64,000 nucleotides of DNA from Synechococcus sp. (GCA_047285535.1 JBJBDC010000001.1:672136-736135), one strand, 5' to 3'. Positions 20,633-31,879 are shown, counted from the stretch's first letter. The notes: generated by a model from the sequence alone, not told the origin. Numbers and translations: made by a program.

Positions 20633-21502
20633 TTAAATAGATATCGGCATCAACATCGAAGGTGTACACAACGTGAATCCTGTTGATTTAATCTTCTGAT
20701 TAGATACTCTTGCATTCATCGTTCGGGTTGAAGAATTATTTTCATCAGCCCAAATCACTGGAGGCAACCCATCAAAATCACAAATCTGATTTGATAGTTC
20801 ACGGCGAGTGAGTTGCATGTCATCGACTAAGTTGTAGATGCCCACAAGCTGATTGCTGAAAGCAAAGCTTGCCCCCCTTGTGATGTCAAAGATAGAACTC
20901 CAAGCAGGTACGTCATTACCATTTTTAGCAATCCGTTCACCGGCTGCCTGTTTAATCATCGAAACCATGTCGCGATCTGGACCATAAATACCGCCTAGAC
21001 GAAACACACAAATGCGCGTATCGGGGCGGTCAATCGATAACAGAACCCTTTCCGCCTCCACCAACATCGCGTTGATGGGATTGGAACAATCCACAGTCGA
21101 TTCTTCTGTGACAGTTTGACCCTTTTGATCTCCATAGACGCCAGCTGAACTGATGTAAGTCACATGTATCGGTTGAGTCGATGTTCTGCGAAGCAATGCT
21201 CTCGCAAGGTTCTTGATACCCCCTGAAAAAATTTCGCGATAGCCGTCTCCTGATTGGCTGGGAGCCACACTGATTAACAAGCCTTGTTGATGCTCCAGAA
21301 AAGTGAAATCGGAATTGAAATCTTCTAGATCCAGGGTGATCGGCTCATGCAGAACCCTTCGCAGTTCAGAAAAACGCTGGGGAGAACGGGTAGTACCGGT
21401 GAGGTAGTGGCCCTGAGATTTTAGGCATGCTGCAACATGGCTTCCCACATAACCACATCCAACAACAGCGAATGAAGACATGAAACGGCTGCAAGTCAAC
21501 AC
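20633..21502 (-). CDS. NAD-dependent epimerase/dehydratase family (atypical SDR)
   Basis: GCGYVG, YISSAGVYG, RLGGIYGP and RVSNQKI motifs. Confidence 0.88.
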   Translation of the reverse strand: MLTCSRFMSSFAVVGCGYVGSHVAACLKSQGHYLTGTTRSPQRFSELRRVLHEPITLDLEDFNSDFTFLEHQQGLLISVAPSQSGDGYREIFSGGIKNLARALLRRTSTQPIHVTYISSAGVYGDQKGQTVTEESTVDCSNPINAMLVEAERVLLSIDRPDTRICVFRLGGIYGPDRDMVSMIKQAAGERIAKNGNDVPAWSSIFDITRGASFAFSNQLVGIYNLVDDMQLTRRELSNQICDFDGLPPVIWADENNSSTRTMNARVSNQKIKSTGFTLCTPSMLMPISI

Positions 21503-21867
21503 ATTTTTACAACTATTTACCCCTCAACCGCGAGCTGCCCCCTGCATTCGAAGTCGACCGAGTGCAGCGCCAACGCTAAAAAGACTAAATTTCCGTGCAT
21601 AAGGACAGATCTCAGTGGACTATGAATGCTTAATATTTAGCCTTAAAAGAAGTAAGTCATTGAATCAGATACTACAAAATGGCACAGCTAAGCTCTTATT
21701 TACTAATTACACTGATGAACCAGTAGTTCCAATCGATCACCAAAATATCATTACAATTGTCTTGGTGCCATTGAATTTATATCAATGAAGAAGTAACTCA
21801 TAAGTGATCAGCATAAATTTAGAAAGGACAGTCAACTATTTTAACAAGCTATCCAATTGAAGTCGGA

Positions 21868-22582
21868 ATGTTTCAGGTGTCAACAAAATTGCTGTTAGGC
21901 ATCACCCTAGGAATTTTGGTTGATGTGAATCCGATGTTGGTTCTGATTCCTTTCGCCATAGGATTTGCACATTTCGTCATTCAACTTGTTGATAGTAGTT
22001 CTCTCGCTACTGATGCCTTACTCAATATCGTGTATTCAAACTCGCTAGCTGCTGCAATCCTGGCTCTCAGCCGCATGGATACCTACAGTGGGGGAATAAA
22101 ACAATTTCTTTTCGGAGACGTCCTAGAAATTAATAATTTGGATTTAATAATTGTCGGCATACTCTTACTAGCCAGATTCGTTGATTTAAGCATAAGCATT
22201 TGAGCTCAAATTTTTGCTGACTCTCAATATAGAACTTGCAGGAGCAGTGGATGTGAGAACACGTTGGCATCGTTTAACCTTTATTATTTTATTAGCGATT
22301 GTTGTCGCTGTATCAATCAAGGCTGTTGGTATCCTGCTTATTAGTGCTTTTGTCGTAATACCTGCTTGTGCTGGTCGATTATTCTCTCGTCTCTTCCCTA
22401 ATGATAATCTTACTTCAGCAATTCATGGAGGCCCTTATACACTGCTAGGACTTTTATTATCGGGCCTTACTGATCAGCCGTCAGGACCTTCAGTTGTGAT
22501 GGATCAGTTCATAGGATTTTTGATAGTTCTTTTCATCAGCGGAAATCAACTCATGCGGAAAGGAGTCGCTGCCCCAGACTAG
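21868..22582 (+). pseudogene. Metal (Zn/Mn) ABC transporter permease, 5'-truncated and frameshifted
   Basis: Two ORFs in different frames (21868-22203, 22214-22582) carry consecutive parts of an ABC-3 permease (LLGITLGIL, QFLFGD; IKAVGILLISAFVVIPA, PSGPSVV). No partner genes adjacent. Confidence 0.82.
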
Positions 22583-23450
22583 TCCCAAATTCTTGATGTA
22601 AACCCAAGCGACCATTCATTCTTGTTGTCTTGTTCGCATAATCAGCAAGTAACTCCATTTCTTGCTTTGAACGGGGTGGTGCTGCATCTGCAAGAACAAT
22701 ATGCATTGGACATTCGAGCATTTTGGCTTGCGCAATCCACCAGGACCGATCTCCCGCCGGGTCTAAACCGCCACTAACAAAAGAGGCACTGGCGAAACGA
22801 GCACCTGATCGTCGACTTAACCGTTGTTGTTCCTGAATACGTTCAGGCGTCAACTGATTAGTATTGACCCATACATGTCGACGAAGCATCGCTTTCAACA
22901 CAGCTCTGTGGGTGTTGAGTCGATAAAGAACAGGTCCAATAACAGGATTAGACACAAGCCATCTCACCCACGCGAATGACTTTGGATGCCATCCAGTCAT
23001 GGTAGGCAAAGGACCCCGCCATGTAGGCGCTATGAGAACCAGCTCGTCCCAATTCTTCGAACATTCAGAAGCAAGACCAAGAGCAATTGATGCACTATGG
23101 CCTGCGGCTAATAGTGTAGGTTTCTTGAGATTTCTTTCAGCTAGATGTTTAAATATAGCGAGTAGAGCCTGCCTTAGAAGTGCATTGTCGTATTTGATCG
23201 GCGGTCGATCACTCTCACCAAATCCTGGCCAGTCAAAACTAACCACATGCCTTTTTGTATTGGTAGCATGTGCTAACTCTATCCATTCGCTTCTGCTTGA
23301 GACTGTACTCAAAGCTGGCAACAATAACCACAAGGGAGCTTCTTCTGGACCGAGACTTTCAACAATCAATTGGATCTCTTGTTGATCATAAGTAAATCTT
23401 ACTGATTCAAGATTGCCGCCAAGTTGCGCCTTCATAGCCAGATTCTCCAA
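22551..23450 (-). CDS. Alpha/beta hydrolase fold protein
   Basis: LLPALSTVSSR, DWPGFGESDRP, AAGHSA and APTWRGPLP motifs. Confidence 0.85.
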   Translation of the reverse strand: MENLAMKAQLGGNLESVRFTYDQQEIQLIVESLGPEEAPLWLLLPALSTVSSRSEWIELAHATNTKRHVVSFDWPGFGESDRPPIKYDNALLRQALLAIFKHLAERNLKKPTLLAAGHSASIALGLASECSKNWDELVLIAPTWRGPLPTMTGWHPKSFAWVRWLVSNPVIGPVLYRLNTHRAVLKAMLRRHVWVNTNQLTPERIQEQQRLSRRSGARFASASFVSGGLDPAGDRSWWIAQAKMLECPMHIVLADAAPPRSKQEMELLADYANKTTRMNGRLGLHQEFGTSLGQRLLSA

Positions 23451-23686
23451 AAGGCTCTCATCTGTTGATCAAATTCAAAATATAGGGCAGCTACACGATG
23501 GCAACAACATTTTTGTGATGATCAGAGTAATCCTTGCCAAAGGATAACAATACTTTCTACGCAGTAAGCAGATAGTTCAGCTTCAATTACAGCCTCATAG
23601 CATTAATACCGTATTAACTTGCTGGAACATCAACAAGTAAAACATCATTAACAATTGCAATGAGATGAAGAATGGTGAATCAAGAT

Positions 23687-25108
23687 TCAAGGATTATATA
23701 TCTGAATTTGGCTGAAAAGATCTAAACCCTGAAATGTTGCATCCCCCGCGCTGTTAACGGTTAGCACTCCATCAGCAAAAGCAACAAAGGGATGGTTTGC
23801 TTCTAATCCAGTCGCAGCTGATATGCCCCCAAGTCTTTCAAAACCATTGACAGACATAACCTGAAAGTTATCAGTAACAACTGAACCAGCAATATGATAC
23901 GACCCTTCAGGCAGCAATAGAGTGTCGGTACCACTTCCTCCCAAAAATTCTCCATTTCCAAATCCGGTCAAAATATCATTACCATCTTCAAGGTAGATGG
24001 TTCCAGTACCCATAAATCCCGCAGAGTTATGAGCAGCCACGATATCGTCTCCCTCACCTAACTTGATTGAACCATTATTGACAAATTGTCCATTAACAGC
24101 GACTACAATATCATTTCCACCGTGAGTATCAATCAAATAATTATTGTGAAATGCAGTTCCTTGTAAACTTGAGCTTTTTCCACCAAGTTGGTCATCTCCA
24201 TTGCCAAAGGAAATTAAATGCTGATTTTGAATGCCAACAATCCCGCCATCCCCAACAAGGATGTTATTGCCATGTCCCATTTCAATTCTCCCCTTATTAT
24301 CGATGCCTACGAGCTCACTATGGCCGGTTAACTGATCATCTCCATTACCCATACTGATTGTACCTTGCTCATGAGCAAGTACATACTTATCTGTATTGAA
24401 CAAGGCTTGATTACAAATGCCAGCCAATTTGCCATTTCCATTAATCCTGTCATTTTCGTCTCCGGTATCGATCATTCCATGATTCTTGATCCCCCACAGG
24501 TTGTCAGACTGATTACCGTCGAGGCTTCCAGTTCCAACAATTGTGTCGGACCCTGATTGAGTTTTGATATATCCAAAGTTATGCAAACCAATAATCCTGC
24601 CGCTACCTACTAAAAGATCTTGCCCAGTGCCCATATCAATTAAACCCTTATTCCGAATCCCGTATTCAGCCTTCCCTTGACTATAGCCAATTATAAAGTC
24701 ATTTCCAGACTCAGTATAAATATTTCCGTGATTGCATATTCCACCACAGCCAACGCCGGATCCAATACCACTTATAATATCATTTCCTTCACGCATATTT
24801 AATGATCCAGTGTCCGTAATTGCAATACCAATCCCTAATGAATTGCCGACCAATGTGTCGTCGCTCTCAGTCCACACAGTTGGTCTACCCACAAGCTTGT
24901 CCCACCATCTTTTCACGGATGCATAGGAATCTAGTGGTGAATTAACGGATGAATAAGGCTTGCTTCTTGCACTAGAAATGCTTACAAGGTTCCGCCGTTT
25001 GTATTGGGGCAATCCGACTAATACGTCTTGATATTCAAAGTCCAGAGCTTGTCGCTTTGACCGTAATTGATTGATCTCACTATTCGACGATCGTTGAATC
25101 TTCAGCAT
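23687..25108 (-). CDS. RTX/hemolysin-type Ca-binding repeat protein
   Basis: Repeated GIxNxGxIxTGxGxDxIxG units and GNDILTG/GGSGTDTL nonapeptides. Start uncertain (25108-25165). Confidence 0.75.
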   Translation of the reverse strand: MLKIQRSSNSEINQLRSKRQALDFEYQDVLVGLPQYKRRNLVSISSARSKPYSSVNSPLDSYASVKRWWDKLVGRPTVWTESDDTLVGNSLGIGIAITDTGSLNMREGNDIISGIGSGVGCGGICNHGNIYTESGNDFIIGYSQGKAEYGIRNKGLIDMGTGQDLLVGSGRIIGLHNFGYIKTQSGSDTIVGTGSLDGNQSDNLWGIKNHGMIDTGDENDRINGNGKLAGICNQALFNTDKYVLAHEQGTISMGNGDDQLTGHSELVGIDNKGRIEMGHGNNILVGDGGIVGIQNQHLISFGNGDDQLGGKSSSLQGTAFHNNYLIDTHGGNDIVVAVNGQFVNNGSIKLGEGDDIVAAHNSAGFMGTGTIYLEDGNDILTGFGNGEFLGGSGTDTLLLPEGSYHIAGSVVTDNFQVMSVNGFERLGGISAATGLEANHPFVAFADGVLTVNSAGDATFQGLDLFSQIQIYNP

Positions 25109-25212
25109 GGGATCACTCCTTAATGAATAGCATCGAAAAGGCATCTCTACCCCTGATAGAGTCACTATCGCCTCAATCTACTGATCCTTCATTGACCTGA
25201 TTCAAGGCAAGT

Positions 25213-25228
25213 TGTGATCTCACTCACA
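25213..25228. promoter_or_regulatory. CRP-type binding site
   Basis: TGTGA-TCTCAC-TCACA, an exact TGTGA-N6-TCACA match upstream of the RTX-type gene. Confidence 0.45.
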
Positions 25229-26866
25229 GGGGCATCAAATGATTGATTCACTAGCAATAACAATCATGAACGAATGCCAAATTCCAAAATCACTTCATCA
25301 GTACAGTTGAAACAAAAGCATCGATCTCAGTAGCTTGATTTCAATTCTAAGCTTGATTGAGAGTTTATACAACGGGGAATCTGCGCGAAATTGCCTGATA
25401 TCGCAAAACATCAACCCCAGATCAACTAACATCTTTCAATAATCGGTATAGACTCAGAAGATTTCGCCACCAGATCAATTTTAAAATTTAAATGGATAAT
25501 TTAATAGATAGCTACCTTGAACAAAACCTCCGGACTTGATTTAACTATGAGCTACGGTTACAAAAATTTTACTACCACATTGGCGAGAGTCTGTAGAATC
25601 AGTTGTATGGAAAGCCGTGAAGATTGAACAGGGATCAACAATACAAACAACCTTCTCAAGGTTTAGTAGTTTTGAAATCTAATTTGTGGCAGGGCAATGA
25701 ACCAAACGCCCCAGCCTCCTTCCAAGTGGTACTGAAGCAGTGAGGATGCCATCTCCAACTCCTAAGCTCGATCGCGAAGCTGCTCAAGGGCCAAATCTCC
25801 GCATTGGACAGGTTGGAGCTGTAGAGGCGAAATTTGCTCTATCCACATCACAAAAGGAGACCCGACCCATGTTGTGAACGTCTGCTGTAGAACTACTTTT
25901 ATTCAAAATCCACAACGACCACAGCGAACTCATTTTCTAATTCATCCGAAAAGGTATACATGAGCCATTTCAAGGTTTGATGTGCCCAAAAGTTTGTTGT
26001 GGCCAATCGTTCCTAGCAAAGGCCCCATTCCTTCATGAGTGTCCATCAAAAAGAGCAGAAGAAGGATACTGACCATCGCTCTCACGAAATTGTGGACTGT
26101 CGTCGGTCTTCATAGCAATTCTATTGGGCGAGTATGTTTCGGTGACAAGAAATACACTTTGAAAACGGTATATATTGACGCAACGACGCCTTATCCCCAG
26201 CCTCATGATTGAGAGAGTTATGCAAACTGTCTGTGGAAATTCTGATTGGAATTGCTTTATTGCTGCCTTTATCGGCATTAGCAATTCAGGCTTATGAATC
26301 TGATGTTGATGATGATCAATGCGACTTTCTTTGATCATTGAAATCAGTGGTGATTGATACAGCTGTCTGTCGCAATGTTTTTTTGCTACAAATTTGTTTG
26401 ATCACTGCTTCATCAGAGAGACATTGTTCTTGACCCCTTTCATCAGACCCTCCGCTCAGCGAAGCAGTGGATAACACCATCTCTGGACAATCGTCTGGAA
26501 GTTGGTCCAGATCTGAATGCATCGAATGTGGCTCCTCAGTTTCTGTTTGATGGGCTAGCTGAGGTGACGGGCGAACCAACGGAGGCAGAGAAGAACCAAC
26601 TACACCTTCTGTTTGTGGTTGCATTGCCGAATCTGGATCAGCAATGACTCCTACAGATTGTCCAGCCAACCTGCAACGCCAACCTGATCGAGGCAACCAT
26701 TGCGAGACTGGATCGAAAGAACTCCCATCGAACTGCGCATGATCAGGTTGAGCTTTGAATGTCGACAGATGTCCGTCGGGGGTGGCGGCCATAGCTTGAC
26801 TCCAGCATGACTCCAGCAAATTGATCATCAATCGAGGGTCGTGGCTGGGGGCTGTTCACCTTTCGA

Positions 26867-28705
26867 TTGCATGCTGCTGCAGAGACGATCAAGGCTGACC
26901 AAGCTGGTCTGCGTAGCCAACATCTCAGCTTGCAAAGTCCTATCCCGATACTCGCTCTGCTGCTGATGCTGCGTATCTGGAGTGTCATGGGAGCTGCAGC
27001 AGCGGCTCCGGTCAGCCGAAGCGACCCGGAATCCTCCGATCCCGGCCGGAAGAGAATCTCAACGGCCGCAGGTGCTGCTGTTGTCGTCACGGCCAATCCA
27101 TTGGCCAGTTCTGCAGCTTTATCCGTTCTCAAAAACGGAGGGACCTCAGCTGATGCCCTGGTCACAGCGCAATCCGTACTGGCGGTTGTGGAGCCACAGA
27201 GCTCCGGTCTCGCTGGTGGAGGTTTTCTTCTCTACTGGGATGCTCATGACCAATCGCTAGAGGTGCTGGATGGCCGCGAAGTCGCACCCATACGCAGCCA
27301 TCCAGACGACCTTCTGAACCCATCCGGATCCCCCGTGCCCTGGCGTGAGGCAACGGCAAGGCTGGATGCGATCGGCATCCCCGGAACGGTGGCCCTACTT
27401 TGGGAAGCCCATCAGCAGTTTGGACATCTGCCCTGGTCCAACACTCTGCAAGCAGCCATCAAGTTGGCCAGAGATGGTTTCAGGCCGAGCCCGCGGCTGT
27501 TGCGCTCCATCAGCATGGCCCAGCAGATCGGAGTGAGTCACAGCAGGGCCTTTCAATCGCTCTATCTGCCGGGAGGTCAACCACCCCCGTCCAATCAAGT
27601 CTTCCGCAATCCAGACCTGGCTCGCACGCTGGAGATTCTGGCGCAAAACGGCGGCCCTGCCTTCTACCGGGGAGCACTGGCCCAAAAGATCCTGCAGCAG
27701 ATGAGTGCACTGCAGCTCAGAGAACCCGGATTCCGAGGTTGGAGCGAAGCAGATCTGTCGTCTTACTCCGTGGTTCGACGGCAAGCTCTCTGCAGCGAAC
27801 AGCTGCAGCATCGAATCTGCACCATGCCACCGCCGAGCAGTGGCGGACTGGCCATGCTGCAGACCCTGGCACTGCTGAATCAAACCACTGATCTGTCGAG
27901 TTCCAACGCTGGTGATCCGCAGACCTGGCGTCAATTGGCCAGCGCTCAGGTCTGGGCCGATGCAGATCGCCTCTACTGGGTGCATGACCCGATCGATGCA
28001 AGGATCCCAGCCGCGACCCTGCTTGATCCGGGTTACATCAGCAATCGCGCCAGAGCCATGCAGACATTACCCGCCAATCAATCCGCACCAGGACTGCCAG
28101 CGGGGATTGATCGTTATCCCTTCGGTCGATTTCAAAAAGGTCGCGAACAGGGAACAACTCAGATCACGATCGTGGATAAAGACGGCAACATCGCCAGCTA
28201 CACCTCTTCAGTGGAGACGGTCTTCGGCAGCAGGCATCTGGTGGCTGGGATGGTGATGAACAATCAGCTCACCGACTTCGCCTTTGAGCCCACGATTGAG
28301 GGCAAGCCGGTAGCCAATCGTCGTCTGCCTGGTCGCAGACCGATGTCATCAATGGCTCCCACGCTGGTGTTCAGCAACGACAGGCCAGTGCTTGCACTCG
28401 GCAGCCCAGGCGGTCGCAGCATTCCCCATTTGCTCAGCCGGGTTCTGCTCGCGTCTTTGATCTGGAATGAATCGCCTGAGCGGGCCGTCGGCCTTCCCCA
28501 TCTCTCCAGCCGCAGCCGCACGCTGGTGCTCGAGAAGAATCCACCCCTCCCATGGCCACTGCCGCTGAAGCATCTCGACAGCCACGAAGCACAAAAACGC
28601 CTGCAACGCATCGGCAGTGGCACCGCTCTGGTGCAGTGGATCAACAGCCGTTGGCATGGCGCTGCCGACCCGCGCCGGGAGGGAACAGCTCTGGCTCTGC
28701 CCTAA
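26867..28705 (+). CDS. ggt: Gamma-glutamyltransferase family protein (start uncertain)
   Basis: VEPQSSGLAGGGF, DGREVAP, PPPSSGG, catalytic GTTQITIVD, NNQLTDF, RPMSSMAP, GSPGG and ADPRREG motifs. Confidence 0.94.
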   Translation: MHAAAETIKADQAGLRSQHLSLQSPIPILALLLMLRIWSVMGAAAAAPVSRSDPESSDPGRKRISTAAGAAVVVTANPLASSAALSVLKNGGTSADALVTAQSVLAVVEPQSSGLAGGGFLLYWDAHDQSLEVLDGREVAPIRSHPDDLLNPSGSPVPWREATARLDAIGIPGTVALLWEAHQQFGHLPWSNTLQAAIKLARDGFRPSPRLLRSISMAQQIGVSHSRAFQSLYLPGGQPPPSNQVFRNPDLARTLEILAQNGGPAFYRGALAQKILQQMSALQLREPGFRGWSEADLSSYSVVRRQALCSEQLQHRICTMPPPSSGGLAMLQTLALLNQTTDLSSSNAGDPQTWRQLASAQVWADADRLYWVHDPIDARIPAATLLDPGYISNRARAMQTLPANQSAPGLPAGIDRYPFGRFQKGREQGTTQITIVDKDGNIASYTSSVETVFGSRHLVAGMVMNNQLTDFAFEPTIEGKPVANRRLPGRRPMSSMAPTLVFSNDRPVLALGSPGGRSIPHLLSRVLLASLIWNESPERAVGLPHLSSRSRTLVLEKNPPLPWPLPLKHLDSHEAQKRLQRIGSGTALVQWINSRWHGAADPRREGTALALP

Positions 28706-28778
28706 AGCTGCTGTGGGGAGGCCACTGCTCTTGGCTGTCAATTAGCGCCATCATCTTTATACCAAGCTTTCAGCCCTG

Positions 28779-29639
28779 ATGGCCTCTGCCAACGGTTCCG
28801 GATCGCCCCTGCTTCTGATTCATCCCATCGGAGTGGGACTCTCCTCCCGGTTCTGGGACCGGTTCATTCAGCGCTGGAAGCATGAGGATCCTGCCGCCGT
28901 GCTGCTCGCACCTGATCTGATCGGCTGCGGCGAAGGGGAATTCAGCCGCCAACCACTCACCCCCGAAGACTGGGCGCAACCATTGATCAGACTGCTGCGA
29001 GAACGCAACTCCGGGCCGGCAGTGCTTGTAACCCAGGGCACCTCGCTGCCGATCGCCCTGGCACTGCTGGAGCAGGCACCTGAACTGGTGAACGGACTGG
29101 TGGCTGTCAGCCCACCGGGTTGGCGAGTGCTGTCGGAAGCGACGCCGATTGCGAGGGCGAATCGGCTTTGGCGCTGGCTGTTCAGCGGTCCCGCCGGAAA
29201 CCTGTTCTATCGTTATGCGCGTCGCCGAGAGTTTCTGCGCTCCTTTTCAGAGAAGAATCTGTTCGCGGAGGCAAAGTCCGTCGACGAGGAATGGCTGCAG
29301 ACTCTGAAGGAGGGGTCACGGGCGATGAACACCCGCTGGTCGGTTTATTCATTTCTGGCCGGCTTCTGGCGGCGAGACTGGGAACCGCAGTTGACCAGTC
29401 TGACCATTCCGCTGTTGGTGGTGTTCGGCAGTTCAGCCACGGGGATCGGACGTTCCCGCAGCTGGGATAATTTCAGCGAGCGACTCGAAACCTACCGGCT
29501 CAAACTTCCTCAAGCTGTGATCGAGACCATCCCTGGCAGAAATGTCCTGCCCTACGAATCCACAGACGACTGTGTGCTCAGCATCAGCCATTGGATGGCT
29601 GCTCAGCAGAAGGGAAAAGACTCTGCGCTAACTCCTTAG
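28779..29639 (+). CDS. Alpha/beta hydrolase fold protein
   Basis: LLIHPIGVGLS, APDLIGCG and GRNVLPYE motifs. Confidence 0.85.
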   Translation: MASANGSGSPLLLIHPIGVGLSSRFWDRFIQRWKHEDPAAVLLAPDLIGCGEGEFSRQPLTPEDWAQPLIRLLRERNSGPAVLVTQGTSLPIALALLEQAPELVNGLVAVSPPGWRVLSEATPIARANRLWRWLFSGPAGNLFYRYARRREFLRSFSEKNLFAEAKSVDEEWLQTLKEGSRAMNTRWSVYSFLAGFWRRDWEPQLTSLTIPLLVVFGSSATGIGRSRSWDNFSERLETYRLKLPQAVIETIPGRNVLPYESTDDCVLSISHWMAAQQKGKDSALTP

Positions 29640-30121
29640 CCCACCAGGCAGCTCGAGTGGACATTGATCGTGACAGTGGTGATCCATTGCTGGCGGAACG
29701 GCACCACCTTCTGCCCCTTCCAGCTCCAGACTGCACAAACCGTCGAAAACAGAAGAATCCGTCATTCCTGCTCTGGCCAGGTCGAAGCCAGTGACAGCCG
29801 ACGTCAAAGCCATGACTCGAACGACTTGGGTTCTGGCCGGCATTACTTGGCTCGAAAACTGAGACATCAGGTCCTGCCTGAGCTGGCCTCACTGATCACG
29901 TGCAACTGCAGCTAGTCAAGAAGGACAAACTCTTTCAATGACTCTGCTGGTGCTGGCCTGGCCCTAACAGATGGGATGAGCAAGGGTATGAAGCCGGTGA
30001 AATTGCTCACGAAGATCCCATCAGACAAGGTCATGAAACCGAACCTGTCTGGGCGGCTGTCCCTGCTTCCTAAGAGATCAGCACCGGGAATAGACCATGC
30101 AGGTCCCACTAGGAGACACCC

Positions 30122-30355
30122 ATGACAACAACCACTCTTCACACGCCCACCGGACTGGTGACTCACGATCTGGAAGGGCATGACAATGTCTACGCAAAAG
30201 AGACACCGATGGAAATGGTTGGCCCTGACGCCGGCTGGGGATTCCACGAGCGTGCAGAGAAGCTGAACGGTCGACTAGCGATGCTCGGCTTTATTGCTGC
30301 CATCGCTACAGAGCTCATCAGCGGCGAAGGGCTGCTCCATACCATCGGTCTCTGA
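30122..30355 (+). CDS. hli: High-light-inducible protein
   Basis: AEKLNGRLAMLGF chlorophyll-binding motif; AGGAG ribosome-binding site upstream. Confidence 0.95.
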   Translation: MTTTTLHTPTGLVTHDLEGHDNVYAKETPMEMVGPDAGWGFHERAEKLNGRLAMLGFIAAIATELISGEGLLHTIGL

Positions 30356-30361
30356 ACCGGA

Positions 30362-30520
30362 TCAAACCGATTCAGGCATCAACTCAGTGACGTTTGGCAT
30401 CGGGTCAGGCTTCCCATCAGCAATGTCTCGAGCCCGCAGATAAAACCAGCTGGTGGTGTCGCCATTGGCTGCCATCTGTTCAGCAATGGTTTTCCAGTTG
30501 TTGATTTCGGCTTGATCCAT
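30362..30520 (-). CDS. Small hypothetical protein (52 aa, below ORF-track cutoff)
   Basis: Manual translation: MDQAEINNWKTIAEQMAANGDTTSWFYLRARDIADGKPDPMPNVTELMPESV; convergent with hli, 6 bp apart. Confidence 0.7.
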   Translation of the reverse strand: MDQAEINNWKTIAEQMAANGDTTSWFYLRARDIADGKPDPMPNVTELMPESV

Positions 30521-31195
30521 GGGAATGTCTAAACATCGTTAATGCTGGAATGTGACCGTTGTTTCTGCGACTCCACTAAGTCGTGATGACCGCCACTCGG
30601 ATCGATCCGGGTGGCATTAAGCGGGGCGTTGACGGGTTGCAACCGAGCCGACACGAAGAGCGCTACAGATCGCAAAGCCAATCACCGCAACCGATTGCAC
30701 TACATTGGAAGATGGAGACATCACTGGGATGAACACGGATTCGCGCAACATGCTCAGTTGTTTGGACAGGCCGACTCGGGCTGTGGTCGTCAGCTGAGCT
30801 CGCATCTGCAGGAGCATCCTGGTCTGATACGCGAGAAACGTAGCTTGAGGCGACAGGGGGGTGATCTTCCCTACGTGCTGACCCTCCATCTGAAAGCCAG
30901 CCCACTGCAGATTGCCAAGAGTGATCCGATGGCACCTGAACACCAGAGGTCCTTGGATTAATTGCGTTGGGATGCTGTCGAAAGCCATGCTGACATTGGC
31001 GATCATTCAACAATGATCTGTGGATGACTTAAGGGCCGTCACCCAAAACCGGGATCGAAAAATCATCTCAGAAAACAATGATCGCCAACAACAACTAATC
31101 AATACAAAGCCAGGAAAGCTGATGAAATCACTATGACGCCGGAGCATCAATGAGAAGAAATTCATCAAGTCAACGATGCTGGCGTTTGCTGTTCA

Positions 31196-31879
31196 TCATG
31201 ATTGCGGTGGATTCACCCCATAGCGATCGCCATAAACTTCACAGAGTTGGAGCAGATTCTTGTCATTGAGTTCAGTTGGAAGCCAATAACTACCAACACG
31301 TTTGGTGATGAGACACTGCGCAACGGGTGAATCCACTGAATCCATGCTGACTGTGATTGTGTAGAGAAGATCCTGTTCGCTGATCATGCGGTTCATCTTC
31401 GGCTTTCTGTAAACCTGATGGTCCCAGGAACAACAACTCGATCGTCCGGTTGCAACATAAAAGCCTGATATGGTTCTAAATTTGAAATAAGCACCATCAA
31501 ACAAAAGATAGGCCTTTGGTAATTGTGAATCGATCTTGAAGATCTGATGTCTACAATTAGGTCCAGCTCCGCAGCTCATGACTTCAACGTACTCATAGAT
31601 TCCATCGCCATCAATATCCTGAAGACTGCCACCATCAGCAGGAATTTGATCCAAAAGCTGAGTGCGTTTCAGCACAGTTGTAAATGCCGCGGAAGACTGT
31701 GGTTTGATTTCAACCCATAGTATTTTAAATTGATCATCATCACATTGCTTCTTTCTAATTCGCACTTGCGAGCCATCAGCATTGCGGCGTTGATCAGTCT
31801 TGATCTGGCATTCTGCAGACGAGGAAGCCGATGCAAAAGCACATAAGACAAGAAAAACTCCAATAAGAAGACTTCGCAT
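31196..31879 (-). CDS. Hypothetical secreted Cys-rich protein
   Basis: Signal peptide, DIDGDG Ca-loop motif, several Cys residues. Confidence 0.7.
   Translation of the reverse strand: MRSLLIGVFLVLCAFASASSSAECQIKTDQRRNADGSQVRIRKKQCDDDQFKILWVEIKPQSSAAFTTVLKRTQLLDQIPADGGSLQDIDGDGIYEYVEVMSCGAGPNCRHQIFKIDSQLPKAYLLFDGAYFKFRTISGFYVATGRSSCCSWDHQVYRKPKMNRMISEQDLLYTITVSMDSVDSPVAQCLITKRVGSYWLPTELNDKNLLQLCEVYGDRYGVNPPQS

Noticed and set aside
25557..25575. GTTACAAA-AAT-TTTACTAC as an RpaB HLR1 site
   Set aside because: The second repeat is imperfect, the background is AT-rich, and there is no obvious target gene
26033..26831. Minus-strand ORFs of 101 and 171 aa
   Set aside because: No recognisable motifs; cannot be distinguished from chance ORFs
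30611..31013. Three overlapping 116-129 aa ORFs on both strands
   Set aside because: Mutually overlapping, with no motif or clear start to select a real one
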